Positions 11,808-21,990 of a stretch of 64,000 bases of DNA are shown piece by piece. The position numbers and the translations under genes were made by a program. The stretch's first letter is position 1, and each line of letters begins with the position of its first letter. This DNA is from a bacterium (lineage in GTDB: Bacteria > Zhuqueibacterota > Zhuqueibacteria > Residuimicrobiales > Krinioviventaceae), in contig CAXXMD010000001.1 in NCBI GenBank assembly GCA_963675755.2, positions 32,001 through 96,000 of the forward strand, in the 5' to 3' direction. Under the pieces are notes generated by a model. That model saw only the letters and a list, made by a program, of their open reading frames with translations, searched no databases and had not been told where the DNA came from.

Positions 11808-12584
11808 TTACTCCTGATTATTAATATTTATATCGATTATATTACAATTCCAATTGTTCTGGTTTAGGGCTGCAATTATTATCGCATTTCGGGTATCGGG
11901 GATTTGCGCCAAGCGTGTACCCTGGTTGTCCCAAACCGCACTTTTACCTGCTGTATCAATGCCACCGGTTTTTTCACTGTGATTAGCAAGAAACACCGGC
12001 ATTTTGTATTTTACAGCAATAGACTTAAGGATCTCAGCATCCTTGTCATATCCATTGGGTGTTATAAACGCCCCTGCAAGGTAAAGTGTTGCGCCATTTT
12101 GGGCGGCATCACGTGAGTGTTGAGGATTGGTAAAATCCGCGCATATTGCCTGGGCGATTTTGTGGTTGTTTGTTGAAATCATAATTTGATGATTTCCCGG
12201 AACAAAATATTCCTCTTCACCCGGGTGCAAATAGCGTTTGGTGTGAGTATCTATATTGCCAACAGGAAAGAAACAGAGATTTGCTATATTTAATTCACCC
12301 TTTGAATCCGGAACCGGGGCCCCTGCAAGGATTATGATATTATTTTGAACTGCCAGTTGTTGCAATGTGGTTAATTGAGGATCATCCGGTAATATACAGC
12401 AATCTTGAGCAAGTTTAGGTTCATAACCCGTTAAAGACAATTCCGGAAACAGAATGATATTTGCCCCTTCTTGGGCAGCTTTTTTGATATATTTTGAATG
12501 GATTTTGATGTTTGCGTTTATATCCGCCCTGATGGATGGCGTTTGAGCAATGGCTATGGTTATAGAATACATACAGATTTCCAT
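11808..12584 (-). CDS. Carbon-nitrogen hydrolase family protein
   Basis: FPELSLTGY, TKRYL, ICADF = Glu-Lys-Cys triad. Confidence 0.9.
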   Translation of the reverse strand: MEICMYSITIAIAQTPSIRADINANIKIHSKYIKKAAQEGANIILFPELSLTGYEPKLAQDCCILPDDPQLTTLQQLAVQNNIIILAGAPVPDSKGELNIANLCFFPVGNIDTHTKRYLHPGEEEYFVPGNHQIMISTNNHKIAQAICADFTNPQHSRDAAQNGATLYLAGAFITPNGYDKDAEILKSIAVKYKMPVFLANHSEKTGGIDTAGKSAVWDNQGTRLAQIPDTRNAIIIAALNQNNWNCNIIDININNQE

Positions 12585-12669
12585 TAAACATAGGATTCAG
12601 AGTGAAATATAATAAATTATAAATTGGAAATCATGTTTTTTTACTGTATGTATCCATTAATTTAATGGA

Positions 12670-13284
12670 TTATATAGGTTTTACCCTGTATATGTTATTT
12701 TTTTTAGATATTTTCCCTTTATTGATACCTGTTTTTAAGACTTTTTCATATAATTCCTGATAATCATTACCAAGTGCTATCCCGTTTTGTTCCAAAATTC
12801 CATCTGAATTATTGTCGAAAAATGTGGTCTCGAATCCCGTTCTGTTATCAATTACTGTGAATTTATTAAAAGACTCATTTTGAGAAATTAAATGTGTTTG
12901 AACAATGCATGAACGTACATCTCCGGGACATTTATAAACTCTAATATAAGCAAGTGTGTGGAAACTTTTTTTCAGATTTGCCGATTGGAGCCCCGTATTG
13001 TAAATTTTGTTTGCTTCATCTATGCTCAGGTTGCCAACAATTACCTTGTCGATAGATTTGTCCTGATCATAATCAAAGGCACGTAAAACAACCTTGTTAT
13101 CAGATCGCTGGATCAACATATTACCGCCACCTCCGTCGGTAATGCGAGAGCTTAGTATTTCATAATGATTTCCGTTTATTTGAAAGGCAAACAGTCCAAT
13201 TCCTGTCTGTTTGGGGGGAGTGGATAAGCATCCCAACATAGAGGCGGTAACAAATATGATGATCAATAAATATAATGATCTCAT
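12670..13284 (-). CDS. Hypothetical lipoprotein
   Basis: GGAGG RBS, MLGC lipobox, two DxDxD-like loops (DYDQDKSID, DNNSDGILE). Confidence 0.7.
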   Translation of the reverse strand: MRSLYLLIIIFVTASMLGCLSTPPKQTGIGLFAFQINGNHYEILSSRITDGGGGNMLIQRSDNKVVLRAFDYDQDKSIDKVIVGNLSIDEANKIYNTGLQSANLKKSFHTLAYIRVYKCPGDVRSCIVQTHLISQNESFNKFTVIDNRTGFETTFFDNNSDGILEQNGIALGNDYQELYEKVLKTGINKGKISKKNNIYRVKPI

Positions 13285-13411
13285 TTTAGACCTCCGTAAA
13301 TTGGTAAAATTAAATTTTACCTCCTCTATCGTTTATAACATTTGAAACAAGAATTTCAGTCCAAAAAATATGCAATATTATTAGATTTTAAAATCGGAAT
13401 CATTGGTTAAC

Positions 13412-13765
13412 TCAACAACACGAATTGTTCTTTTCAACAAGAGGATCCGAATTACATTCGCAATTGCAGTCACAAGCAGATAACAATTCTTTAGGTGTGT
13501 TTTTGTAGATTTTAATGCGTTCTTTTCTGATTTCAAGGATATCCGCTCTATTAACAATGATATTCATACCATTTTTTGGTTTTGTACAGCAAGCACTTTT
13601 GATTTCACCGTTTACATCAACTGCGCAGATATTACAACAGCCCATACTTTTTCGGGATCTATAACAAGGTGCAGGAATTCGTATATTTAACCTGTCTGCA
13701 ACATCAACCAGGTTTTTATCATTTGATAATATTTCTGTTTTTATACCTTCAATCAATAGTGACAT
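13412..13765 (-). CDS. Stand-alone 2Fe-2S cluster-binding protein (NuoG/hydrogenase N-terminal type)
   Basis: IPAPCY..GCCNICAVDVNG..SACC..KNGM; Cys-rich tail. Confidence 0.8.
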   Translation of the reverse strand: MSLLIEGIKTEILSNDKNLVDVADRLNIRIPAPCYRSRKSMGCCNICAVDVNGEIKSACCTKPKNGMNIIVNRADILEIRKERIKIYKNTPKELLSACDCNCECNSDPLVEKNNSCC

Positions 13766-13779
13766 GATCTTTCCAATAG

Positions 13780-14610
13780 TTAATTAAAAATTTGTTTTTG
13801 CATGGATGTTGTAAAAATATGACCATTTGAAAACTGGTCCAGAATTTCTGTAATTAAAGATTCTCTATCTTGTTTGGGTAAATGCATAAATATGATTTCT
13901 TTGGGTTTTAAATACGTGTTTAATATTGAAACTGCGTTTTCTGAACGATCATAACGCTCCATAAAAATAATATCAACAGGTTCCAATGTACTGAATATTT
14001 GATTGTTCATATAAAGTGGTGCGTCACCCACATGGAGAATTCTTTTATTATGCAAGGTTACAACAAAGCAAAGGTTCTCAACATTCCTGTGACGATTTAT
14101 TTTTTTACCGGTTTGCGGATTAATGTCATAATATGGACCGTGATGAACTCTGGAAATGGTTATAGGGATATTATTGATGGTTGTATCAACCTTTGCAAAC
14201 AATTCCGGGGTGATCTCAACGATTTGAGCGACAATTTCCGGAAAAGCTTCCAATTCTCGCATTTTTTCCGCTGCCTGTGCAGGACACACCAGTTTGCATT
14301 GTTTGTTGGCTTTTAAAATATTACCTGTCAGCTCTGCATCAAAATGGTCCCTGTGGGAGTGCGTTGCAAAAATTACATCAAGATTATCAAAAGGAGGGTG
14401 GCCTGTTTTCATATTTTGAATAACCTGAGGCGCAGGCACATCGCAGTATGTGATGGTTGAATCATTAAAAGCTGCATCGATCAGGATTTTTTGTGTTGAA
14501 TTGTTGAGCAGAAAACCTTCATTGGCGATATAGGTAATCACTAGAGGATCTTTGGGAGCTGATAATAAATTAACTGAAATGATCATGATGATTAAAATTG
14601 AATTTTTCAT
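13780..14610 (-). CDS. Secreted MBL-fold metallohydrolase
   Basis: ANEGFL, THSHRDHF, HVGDA. Confidence 0.85.
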   Translation of the reverse strand: MKNSILIIMIISVNLLSAPKDPLVITYIANEGFLLNNSTQKILIDAAFNDSTITYCDVPAPQVIQNMKTGHPPFDNLDVIFATHSHRDHFDAELTGNILKANKQCKLVCPAQAAEKMRELEAFPEIVAQIVEITPELFAKVDTTINNIPITISRVHHGPYYDINPQTGKKINRHRNVENLCFVVTLHNKRILHVGDAPLYMNNQIFSTLEPVDIIFMERYDRSENAVSILNTYLKPKEIIFMHLPKQDRESLITEILDQFSNGHIFTTSMQKQIFN

Positions 14611-14619
14611 CTTTTACCT

Positions 14620-15156
14620 CTAGACATTTATTTGTACAATTTCATTTTCAGGAATTTTGAAATCATCTTTGATATATCCAACCTTGAAGCTGCTAGATTT
14701 ATTATTATCAAACTTGACTTTATTTTGATCTCCTCGATATTCCCTTATATGTAAATAGAAACTTTGTTTTCTATATTCATATTTATACATGACAAGCCAG
14801 TCCCACAGATCTTTTTCCAGGCCATGTATGTATTTAAAATATTGGTTCTCTGTTTTGTTTTTGTTTATATCTTCCAGGGCTCTATTAATTTTATGCTCTG
14901 ACCAGCCTTTTTTCTGATATTTCTTTTTTTGCCTCTGAGAATAATCCAATTCTGTATCAGATTCAGTACCATATTCCGGGTCATATAGACCGCATGAGCA
15001 AAATTCCATTATAATATAATAGCTCGAATAATTGTTTGGTAATGCATCAATAAAACATTTATTGTTGGATTGGAAATAAACAAGTTGGTCCGGAAGTTGG
15101 TTCAGCATTATTATATCCGGACCTTTGGGCAGACCGATATTAATAAAATAACACAT
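14620..15156 (-). CDS. Hypothetical protein
   Basis: 178-aa ORF with GAGGGG RBS; CSCGL and KKGWSEHKINRAL motifs. Confidence 0.7.
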   Translation of the reverse strand: MCYFINIGLPKGPDIIMLNQLPDQLVYFQSNNKCFIDALPNNYSSYYIIMEFCSCGLYDPEYGTESDTELDYSQRQKKKYQKKGWSEHKINRALEDINKNKTENQYFKYIHGLEKDLWDWLVMYKYEYRKQSFYLHIREYRGDQNKVKFDNNKSSSFKVGYIKDDFKIPENEIVQINV

Positions 15157-15179
15157 AAACCCCCTCTTGTGGATCGGTT

Positions 15180-16478
15180 TTATTGAATAGTCAGTTTGAT
15201 AACGATAAACGGTGTTACTTTATCAGAGTCCGGCAAACTGATCTCAAGTCCTTTTGGTGTGGATTTGTACGATACTTTATTGCTGTTTGATAATTGAACA
15301 GCAGAAGTAACGGTTTTGTTGTAATCCGGTAAGAGAATTTTTTCCTGCCAATTTATCACATGTACATAGATAAAATTATCTTTATGGGTTGTTACTCCCC
15401 AATCCTGCGGAGGTATGGGGCCGCCGCGCGTACCATAGACAGATACTCCATTCACATCCAGCCATTCACCTATCTCTTTTAGTACATCTATCTGGCGCTG
15501 TTCAATACGACCGTCCATCATGGGACTGATATTGAGTAAAAGGTTGCCACCGCCGCCAACGGTGTTGAGCAGAATGCTGAGGCATTCATCTGTGGATTTA
15601 AGTTTGTCGTTAGGCTTCCAGGCCCATTGCGTGCAAATGGTCATGCAGGTTTCCCAGGGTGTTTCCGGTCTGTATGCCCCAACTGTTTGTTCCGGGGTTT
15701 CAAAATCTCCCGCATAATCCGGGCTTTTGGTAATGCCTTCCATGCCTACCCGGCCTTTATCAACCCGGTTGTTAATTAATAATTCATCGTTCAGGTTACG
15801 CGACCATGTATAGAGATCAATGCCCCTTTCATGGGTCCAGGGCTCTTCCCATTCACCGTCAAACCACAGTACTTGTGTGTCATATTTCTCTACCAGCTCC
15901 GTAAGCTGGTTTTTCATAAACCGGATGTATGATTCCATATCCGGATTTTCTTTCATGATCCTTTTATCACCTCGTCTGACCAGAAACGGATAATCCGGGT
16001 GATACCAGTCAGCAAGAGAGTAATAGGTGCCAAAAAAGATACCCTGTTTGCGGCAGGCATCAGAGAGTTCTTTAACAATATCACGTTTAAATGGACCGTT
16101 CATAATATCGTAATCTGTAAATTCCGAATCCCAGAGAGAAAAACCGTCGTGGTGTTTGGCAACAAGGACGATGTATTTCATGCCCGCGGTTTTGGCTATT
16201 GATACCCATTCATCCGCGTCAAATAGCACCGGATTAAATTCTTTGAAAAGCTCATCGTATTCGTCTACAGGTACCTGAATGCCACGCGACAGGCTTATCT
16301 CGGTACCACGCAATGAAGAGGGACCCCAGTGGATAAACATACCAAAACGCAGATCCTGCCAGGTGTTTAACGATTTTTGGTTCGGTACAAGATCGGGATT
16401 CTTTTCAACCGTACCGACAGGGGATTGGCCTAAAAGCGGGACGCATAAACATAAAAGAAATAAAATTGTCTGTTTCAT
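15180..16478 (-). CDS. Alpha-L-fucosidase, GH29
   Basis: FGMFIHWG, AKHHDGFSLW, LWFDGEW, NLLLNISP; signal peptide. Confidence 0.95.
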   Translation of the reverse strand: MKQTILFLLCLCVPLLGQSPVGTVEKNPDLVPNQKSLNTWQDLRFGMFIHWGPSSLRGTEISLSRGIQVPVDEYDELFKEFNPVLFDADEWVSIAKTAGMKYIVLVAKHHDGFSLWDSEFTDYDIMNGPFKRDIVKELSDACRKQGIFFGTYYSLADWYHPDYPFLVRRGDKRIMKENPDMESYIRFMKNQLTELVEKYDTQVLWFDGEWEEPWTHERGIDLYTWSRNLNDELLINNRVDKGRVGMEGITKSPDYAGDFETPEQTVGAYRPETPWETCMTICTQWAWKPNDKLKSTDECLSILLNTVGGGGNLLLNISPMMDGRIEQRQIDVLKEIGEWLDVNGVSVYGTRGGPIPPQDWGVTTHKDNFIYVHVINWQEKILLPDYNKTVTSAVQLSNSNKVSYKSTPKGLEISLPDSDKVTPFIVIKLTIQ

Positions 16479-16516
16479 CAGATTCTCTTTCTGTTAATGG
16501 TAAGCAATCGTGTTTT

Positions 16517-17164
16517 TTACAGGTCAGATTCATGCCATTTTTGTTCAAGAAACTCTACAGGATGGAAATAATATTTATTTAAATCATCATTGTCATAACA
16601 GACCCCCCAATAGGTACCATAATGCATAAAGGGGCGTTTGTTGTCAGGTTTTCTGGATTTTGGCTTTTTTTTCATTACTTCAAAATGAAAATGATCAAAT
16701 TGCCAGCCATATTTATCCAGTTCGTCTTTGCTCATGTATCTGGCAATCGGTGTTTCGGGATCGACGATTTCTCCCAAAGTGCATTCAATTCCGGCAATAT
16801 GTTCGTACACCGTCCATATTAATGTAGAATCTTTTTGTAAATGTTCAATAATTATTTGAGCATAGGGGCCGTCATCTCTCAGGCTGATCACCTTGCCTTT
16901 AGCAGCCGTATAGACCGGCTCATCCGTATAATTTTTAGATGGGCGTTTAAAATCTACTCCCGTGTGCAGATGTTCAGGCACATTAGGTCGTGCTTTACGA
17001 ACCAAACCGAATTTCCCAATCCCCGTGAGTTTTACAGCCTGGGAGGATTGCCGGTTATCGCTGTTAAAGGGCAGGTACCATTTTAGCGGAGCAGCCGCGA
17101 ATGTTAAATTAGTGTTTATTATTAAACAGATGAATACAGCAAGGAGGCATAATCGTTTTCGCAT
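16517..17164 (-). CDS. M23 family metallopeptidase, secreted
   Basis: HTGVD (HxxxD), YEH, HFH (HxH); start at MRKRL. Confidence 0.85.
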   Translation of the reverse strand: MRKRLCLLAVFICLIINTNLTFAAAPLKWYLPFNSDNRQSSQAVKLTGIGKFGLVRKARPNVPEHLHTGVDFKRPSKNYTDEPVYTAAKGKVISLRDDGPYAQIIIEHLQKDSTLIWTVYEHIAGIECTLGEIVDPETPIARYMSKDELDKYGWQFDHFHFEVMKKKPKSRKPDNKRPFMHYGTYWGVCYDNDDLNKYYFHPVEFLEQKWHESDL

Positions 17165-17180
17165 TTTCTTTTTTCCTTTT

Positions 17181-18056
17181 TCAAATCTTGCTTGTTTTTT
17201 TGATATAGAATGTACTTTCAATAGTATAAATAATTAAAGCCAGCCAGATAAAAGATAAACCCGTTAGCTTTGCTTTATCAAGCGTTTCGTGATAGATCAA
17301 GAGTCCTGTTAAAAAAATCATTGTAGGATATATATATTGCAAAATACCTACTACAGACAAGCTGATGAGTCTTGCGCCTGTAATAAATATTAGTAATGGC
17401 AATCCGCTAATTACTCCTGCACCAATTAACAATAGAGTATATGTTGATGTATCAAAAAAATGAAATGAATTGTCTTGATATAACATAAAAAGATAAGTAA
17501 TGGATAATAGCGACAAGATTAAAGTCTCTAAAGTTAATCCTTCTACAGAGCTGAGTGGCGATTTTTTTCGTAATAGTCCATAAGTACCCCAGGTTACAGC
17601 AAGGTACATGGAAATCCATGGGAATTGACCATATAAAACAGTCATAATAACTACACCAAATGCTGCAATTGATACAGATAACCACTGTATTTTGCGCAAT
17701 TTTTCATGTAGAAAAAAGATGCCGAGAAAAATGCTGACCAATGGGCAGATAAAATAACCAAGACTGGTCTCAATAATATAACCGGTGTTAACTGCCCAAA
17801 TATACATACCCCAATTTGAACCAATTAAAAAAGCAGGAACTATTATGATCCATTTGTTACGGGTAGAGATAAATTTGGAATAGAGTGATTTCCAACCGTT
17901 TTTAGTAGAGATGATTATTGTAAAGAATATAAAAGACCAGAATATTCGATGAGCCAGTATTTCGGTGGCAGGAATACTTTTTAATGTTTTCCAGTAAACG
18001 GGGTGTAATCCCCAGAAAATATATGCACTTGTAGCGTATATTGTTCCTCGGTTCAT
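17181..18056 (-). CDS. rarD: EamA-family transporter RarD
   Basis: EILAHRIFWS, ETSLGYFICPL, GILQYIYPT; ~10 TM segments. Confidence 0.9.
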   Translation of the reverse strand: MNRGTIYATSAYIFWGLHPVYWKTLKSIPATEILAHRIFWSFIFFTIIISTKNGWKSLYSKFISTRNKWIIIVPAFLIGSNWGMYIWAVNTGYIIETSLGYFICPLVSIFLGIFFLHEKLRKIQWLSVSIAAFGVVIMTVLYGQFPWISMYLAVTWGTYGLLRKKSPLSSVEGLTLETLILSLLSITYLFMLYQDNSFHFFDTSTYTLLLIGAGVISGLPLLIFITGARLISLSVVGILQYIYPTMIFLTGLLIYHETLDKAKLTGLSFIWLALIIYTIESTFYIKKTSKI

Positions 18057-18253
18057 TGTTTATTCTTTCAATTCTAGAAAATGATAGTCTAGTATGTTAA
18101 AAAACTGCATCCCCCCGATAGAAAACTAATATAATGCATGAAATTTTGAAAAACAACAAGTGTAAAGAAATGATCAAAAATATTTGGGAAATTAAATGTA
18201 TGATCAGGTGGGACTGGATGAATACCCATATATCAAGTTTTTATAATCAGAAT

Positions 18254-18769
18254 TTATCTGCTAAAAGACATTTTTTTGTTTCTTATGTGGTTAAACCATC
18301 TGTCTAATGCAAAGAGCAGCGCAAGAATAATCAATGCAAGTACAGGTATAGGTGTATTGAATTCTATTGATTGCAATTGATTGCCCAGATTCTGTAAAAA
18401 TGGCTGCAATTCGACCGATTCGGTATGTGGTGTGGTAATTACATCCTGTACCAATTGTTTTGTATCCACATAATAAAAAGAAACATTGATAGCCACAATT
18501 ACTACAAATAAAGCAATAAACATGTGAAGCAGATTGAAATGTACTTTGCCCATTGTTGCGATGTTGGTTTTTTTGATTACATCGCTGGTAAAACCGGTGG
18601 ACAACTGTATGTCCTGGTCGTATTCAAGGGACGCATAGAGTGAACGGTATTGATCAAGAGAATCGCGTAAAGCACGATTTTTACCCAGTTCAATTTCGAA
18701 CCGTTCTTCCATATCCGGAGGCATGTTGCCGTCCAGATAATTCTGTATGTCATGATCTGTAAAGTTCAT
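18254..18769 (-). CDS. Membrane anti-sigma factor
   Basis: IQNYLDGNM..RFE anti-sigma N-domain, two TM helices, overlaps sigma stop codon. Confidence 0.8.
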   Translation of the reverse strand: MNFTDHDIQNYLDGNMPPDMEERFEIELGKNRALRDSLDQYRSLYASLEYDQDIQLSTGFTSDVIKKTNIATMGKVHFNLLHMFIALFVVIVAINVSFYYVDTKQLVQDVITTPHTESVELQPFLQNLGNQLQSIEFNTPIPVLALIILALLFALDRWFNHIRNKKMSFSR

Positions 18770-19347
18770 TCGTTATATAGATCCTCTGTTTTATATTGTG
18801 CCACCAGTTGTTCTTTTAGCATTTTGCGGGCACGAAATAAATAATTTTTAACAGTGCCTTCGGGCATGTTCATGATCTCACCGATTTCGTAATAACTCAT
18901 TTCCTGCAGGTGATAGAGGGATAGTACACTGCGATATTTAATGGGCAGCTTTTTGATTTCCTGCTCTAGTTTATTATGGGCGTCTCTGTTTTCAAGTTCT
19001 GTTTCGGGAGTTGGGCTGTAACCTTGCAGGTGGTCAAGAGTCATGTCTTCCGGGGCAATATCACTATAGAGAGCAGCTTTTTTCTTTTGCAAATAATTGA
19101 TACATGTGTTATATGCAATACGAGCTATCCAGGTGGAGACTTTGCTTTCAAACTGAAAGGTATGTAAATTTTGATATATTTTTACAAAAACATCCTGGCA
19201 TAAATCTTCCCGGTCTTCAGGTATGTGTACCAGTCTGAAAACAATGTGAGATACCAGGTTTTTATAATCATCTACAAAAGCACGAAAAGACCGGGTGCTA
19301 CCCTCCAGTATACTTTTAATGCGCTCTTGTTCCAGGTTTTGTTTCAT
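18766..19347 (-). CDS. ECF RNA polymerase sigma factor (SigW/RpoE-like)
   Basis: EDLCQDVF, STWIARIAYNTCIN, MSYYEIGEIMNMPEGTVKNYLFRAR. Confidence 0.95.
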   Translation of the reverse strand: MKQNLEQERIKSILEGSTRSFRAFVDDYKNLVSHIVFRLVHIPEDREDLCQDVFVKIYQNLHTFQFESKVSTWIARIAYNTCINYLQKKKAALYSDIAPEDMTLDHLQGYSPTPETELENRDAHNKLEQEIKKLPIKYRSVLSLYHLQEMSYYEIGEIMNMPEGTVKNYLFRARKMLKEQLVAQYKTEDLYNE

Positions 19348-19355
19348 ATTATAAT

Positions 19356-19382
19356 AGACCTTCAAGTCTTTATAATGTTGCA
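19356..19382 (-). promoter_or_regulatory. ECF-type promoter TGCAAC-N17-GTCT for the sigma/anti-sigma operon
   Basis: Minus strand tgcaac-attataaagacttgaag-gtct, ending 8 nt before the ATG. Confidence 0.7.
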
Positions 19383-19402
19383 TACGAAATTTAAAAAAAA
19401 TG

Positions 19403-19429
19403 TGCAACCTTTTTTTTGGTTTTCTGTCT
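19403..19429 (+). promoter_or_regulatory. ECF-type promoter TGCAAC-N17-GTCT for the divergent membrane protein
   Basis: tgcaac 19403-19408, gtct 19426-19429, same 17-nt spacing as the opposite-strand copy. Confidence 0.7.
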
Positions 19430-19475
19430 GATATTTATAGAAAGAGCAAAGAAATTTTAAATAAGGAGAATAATC

Positions 19476-19847
19476 ATGGGAATTCTGGTACCTATAATTT
19501 TATTTATTGTCATCGGATGGATTATAAAAATTTTATCTGATAATAATGTTAAGCGTTTATTGATCACCCAGGGTAAACTGGATGAAAATGCCAAATATCT
19601 CTATATTGACAAGCTTGAGCGATATGTACCTACTTCATTAAAATGGGGAATGGTTATGATAGCGCTGGGACTGGCAATATTTATAGGCAAGATTGTTGAC
19701 GCTATGAATATAACCGGTTTTGGCCGTAATGATGAAGAGGCGTTGATCTTTTCTCTCATGTTTATCTTTGGCGGTACTGCTTTGATCATTTATTATGTTA
19801 TTGCCAGCAGAATGGCTAAAAAGGCAGAAGAGGAAGATAAAGCATAA
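19476..19847 (+). CDS. DUF6249-like membrane protein
   Basis: SLKWGMVMIALGLA and MFIFGGTALIIYY; 3 TM segments; divergent from ECF sigma. Confidence 0.75.
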   Translation: MGILVPIILFIVIGWIIKILSDNNVKRLLITQGKLDENAKYLYIDKLERYVPTSLKWGMVMIALGLAIFIGKIVDAMNITGFGRNDEEALIFSLMFIFGGTALIIYYVIASRMAKKAEEEDKA

Positions 19848-19874
19848 TAAAATTTTTCAAATAATCATTTTTAT

Positions 19875-19909
19875 AAAGAGATGGGATACTTTGCCCATCT
19901 CTTTTTTTA
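19875..19909 (+). terminator. Rho-independent terminator
   Basis: aaagagatggg / cccatctcttt stem plus T-run. Confidence 0.8.
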
Positions 19910-19989
19910 TGCCTATCGTGCAGGTTAGTTCTTGATTTATGTGAAAAAAGTTTGTATATATTATGTTTATATAAATTACAGGATTAATT

Positions 19990-20847
19990 ATGAATAAAGT
20001 ATCAGCAATTTTATTGATTTCATGTCCGGACCAAAAGGGAATTGTTGCGGCAGTCTCCCGGTTTTTGTATGAAAATAATGGCAATGTTGTAAGATTAGAC
20101 CAGCATGTGGATTTTGAAGAAAATATTTTTCTTTCCCGTATTGAATGGGAAATGGAAGGATTTGCCATTCCCCGGGAAAATATCAAAAATAGTATTGAAG
20201 AACTGGCTTTGTCTTTTAATATGAAATGGGAATTGAAATTCTCTGATTATAAACCCAAAGTTGCTATTTTTGTATCAAAGTTGAATCACTGCCTGTACGA
20301 TGTATTGTCCCGTTACCAGGCAGGTGAATGGAATATAGATATTCCACTTGTTATCAGTAATCACCCGGATGCTGATCATATTGCGAAAAAGTTTGGTATT
20401 AATTATTTCCGTTTTCCGGTAACCCAGGAAAATAAAGCAGAGCAGGAAAAAAAGCAGATTGAATTACTGCATGCCCATGATATTGATTTTATTATCCTTG
20501 CCCGTTATATGCAAATTCTCTCTCCGGAATTTGTTGATACTTTTCCGAATCAGATCATAAATATACATCATTCTTTTTTACCCGCTTTTCCTGGCGCAAA
20601 GCCCTATCATTCTGCGTACAAACGAGGAGTCAAGATCATTGGTGCCACCAGTCATTATGTAACATCAGAGCTGGATGGCGGGCCGATTATTGAACAAGAT
20701 ACCATACGCGTTACCCATCAGCATACTATATCTGATTTTGTTCGTAAAGGAAGAGATCTTGAAAAGGTTGTACTTGCCAGGGCCATTTGGCTTCATATCC
20801 AAAATAAAGTATTGGTTTACAAAAATAAAACAGTTGTATTTGACTGA
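19990..20847 (+). CDS. purU: Formyltetrahydrofolate deformylase
   Basis: CPDQKGIVA ACT domain, LARYMQIL, INIHHSFLPAFPGAKPY, RKGRDLEKVVLARA. Confidence 0.97.
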   Translation: MNKVSAILLISCPDQKGIVAAVSRFLYENNGNVVRLDQHVDFEENIFLSRIEWEMEGFAIPRENIKNSIEELALSFNMKWELKFSDYKPKVAIFVSKLNHCLYDVLSRYQAGEWNIDIPLVISNHPDADHIAKKFGINYFRFPVTQENKAEQEKKQIELLHAHDIDFIILARYMQILSPEFVDTFPNQIINIHHSFLPAFPGAKPYHSAYKRGVKIIGATSHYVTSELDGGPIIEQDTIRVTHQHTISDFVRKGRDLEKVVLARAIWLHIQNKVLVYKNKTVVFD

Positions 20848-20855
20848 GGTTAACC

Positions 20856-21986
20856 ATGAAACATATTGTTGTGTTAGGAGCGGGTCTGGTAGGCAGTGCT
20901 ATTGCCATTGATCTTGCACAAAAAAGTCAGGTTACTGTAGCAGATAAAAATGCAGATCGCCTTGCAGATTTGAATGAAAATGAAAATATTACTACAGTCT
21001 ATACAGATTTGTCATTCCAGAATCAAATACAGCCCCTTATTATGGATGCCGATATTGTAGTAAACGCATTACCGGGATTTATGGGGTATGAAACGCTAAA
21101 GACAATCATTCAAACAGGCAAGGATGTTGTAGATATTTCATTTTTCCCTCAGGATGCTTTAGAACTGGATGAATTGGCCAGGCAACACAATGTTACAGCA
21201 ATTGTAGACTGTGGAGTAGCCCCAGGATTGAGCAATTTGCTTCTAGGACATCATGCCGAATCCATGGAGATAGACAGCTTTGTATGCTATGTGGGAGGTT
21301 TGCCCATTGAAAGAACATGGCCATATGAATACAAGGCGCCTTTTTCTCCGGTTGATGTAATTGAAGAATATATTCGTCCGGCAAGACTGGTTGAAAATGG
21401 CAAACTGGTTGAACGACAGGCTTTGTCAGAACCTGAGCTGATTGATTTTGGCGAGTTGGGAACCCTGGAAGCGTTCAATACTGACGGACTTCGCAGTCTT
21501 GTCAAAACAATGAATGTACCGAACATGAAAGAGAAAACGCTCCGGTATCCCGGGCATATTGAATTAATGCGCGTATTAAGGGAAACCGGCTTTTTTAGCC
21601 AGAATCCTGTGCAAATTGGTGAAGCTGAAATCAGTCCTCTTGATTTAACCACAAAATTACTATTACCCAAATGGGAATTGAAGCGTGGTGAAAAAGAATT
21701 TACAATTATGAAAATTATCATCAAGGGCAAAGAACAGGGTGAATCCAAAAATATTGAATACCTGTTGTATGATGAATATGATGTTGAAACCGCGACACAT
21801 TCTATGGCAAGAACTACCGGCTATACCTGTACCGCTGCCGTTTCTTTATTGATTGAGGGCAGATATAGTGAAAAAGGGGTATTACCTCCAGAGTTGTTGG
21901 CAAAAGATTCCGGAGCTGTATCACATATATTAAATTATTTAAACGAACGAAAAATTGAACTGCAAAGAAAAGAAGTAGAAAACTGA
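20856..21986 (+). CDS. Saccharopine dehydrogenase / lysine 6-dehydrogenase family protein
   Basis: LGAGLVG, DCGVAPG, EAFNTDGL, EKTLRYPGH, SMARTTG. Confidence 0.9.
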   Translation: MKHIVVLGAGLVGSAIAIDLAQKSQVTVADKNADRLADLNENENITTVYTDLSFQNQIQPLIMDADIVVNALPGFMGYETLKTIIQTGKDVVDISFFPQDALELDELARQHNVTAIVDCGVAPGLSNLLLGHHAESMEIDSFVCYVGGLPIERTWPYEYKAPFSPVDVIEEYIRPARLVENGKLVERQALSEPELIDFGELGTLEAFNTDGLRSLVKTMNVPNMKEKTLRYPGHIELMRVLRETGFFSQNPVQIGEAEISPLDLTTKLLLPKWELKRGEKEFTIMKIIIKGKEQGESKNIEYLLYDEYDVETATHSMARTTGYTCTAAVSLLIEGRYSEKGVLPPELLAKDSGAVSHILNYLNERKIELQRKEVEN

Positions 21987-21990
21987 AATT

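Noticed and set aside
11493-18056. Run of co-oriented unrelated genes suggesting an integron cassette array
   Set aside because: No repeated attC-like elements, several gaps under 25 bp, no integrase
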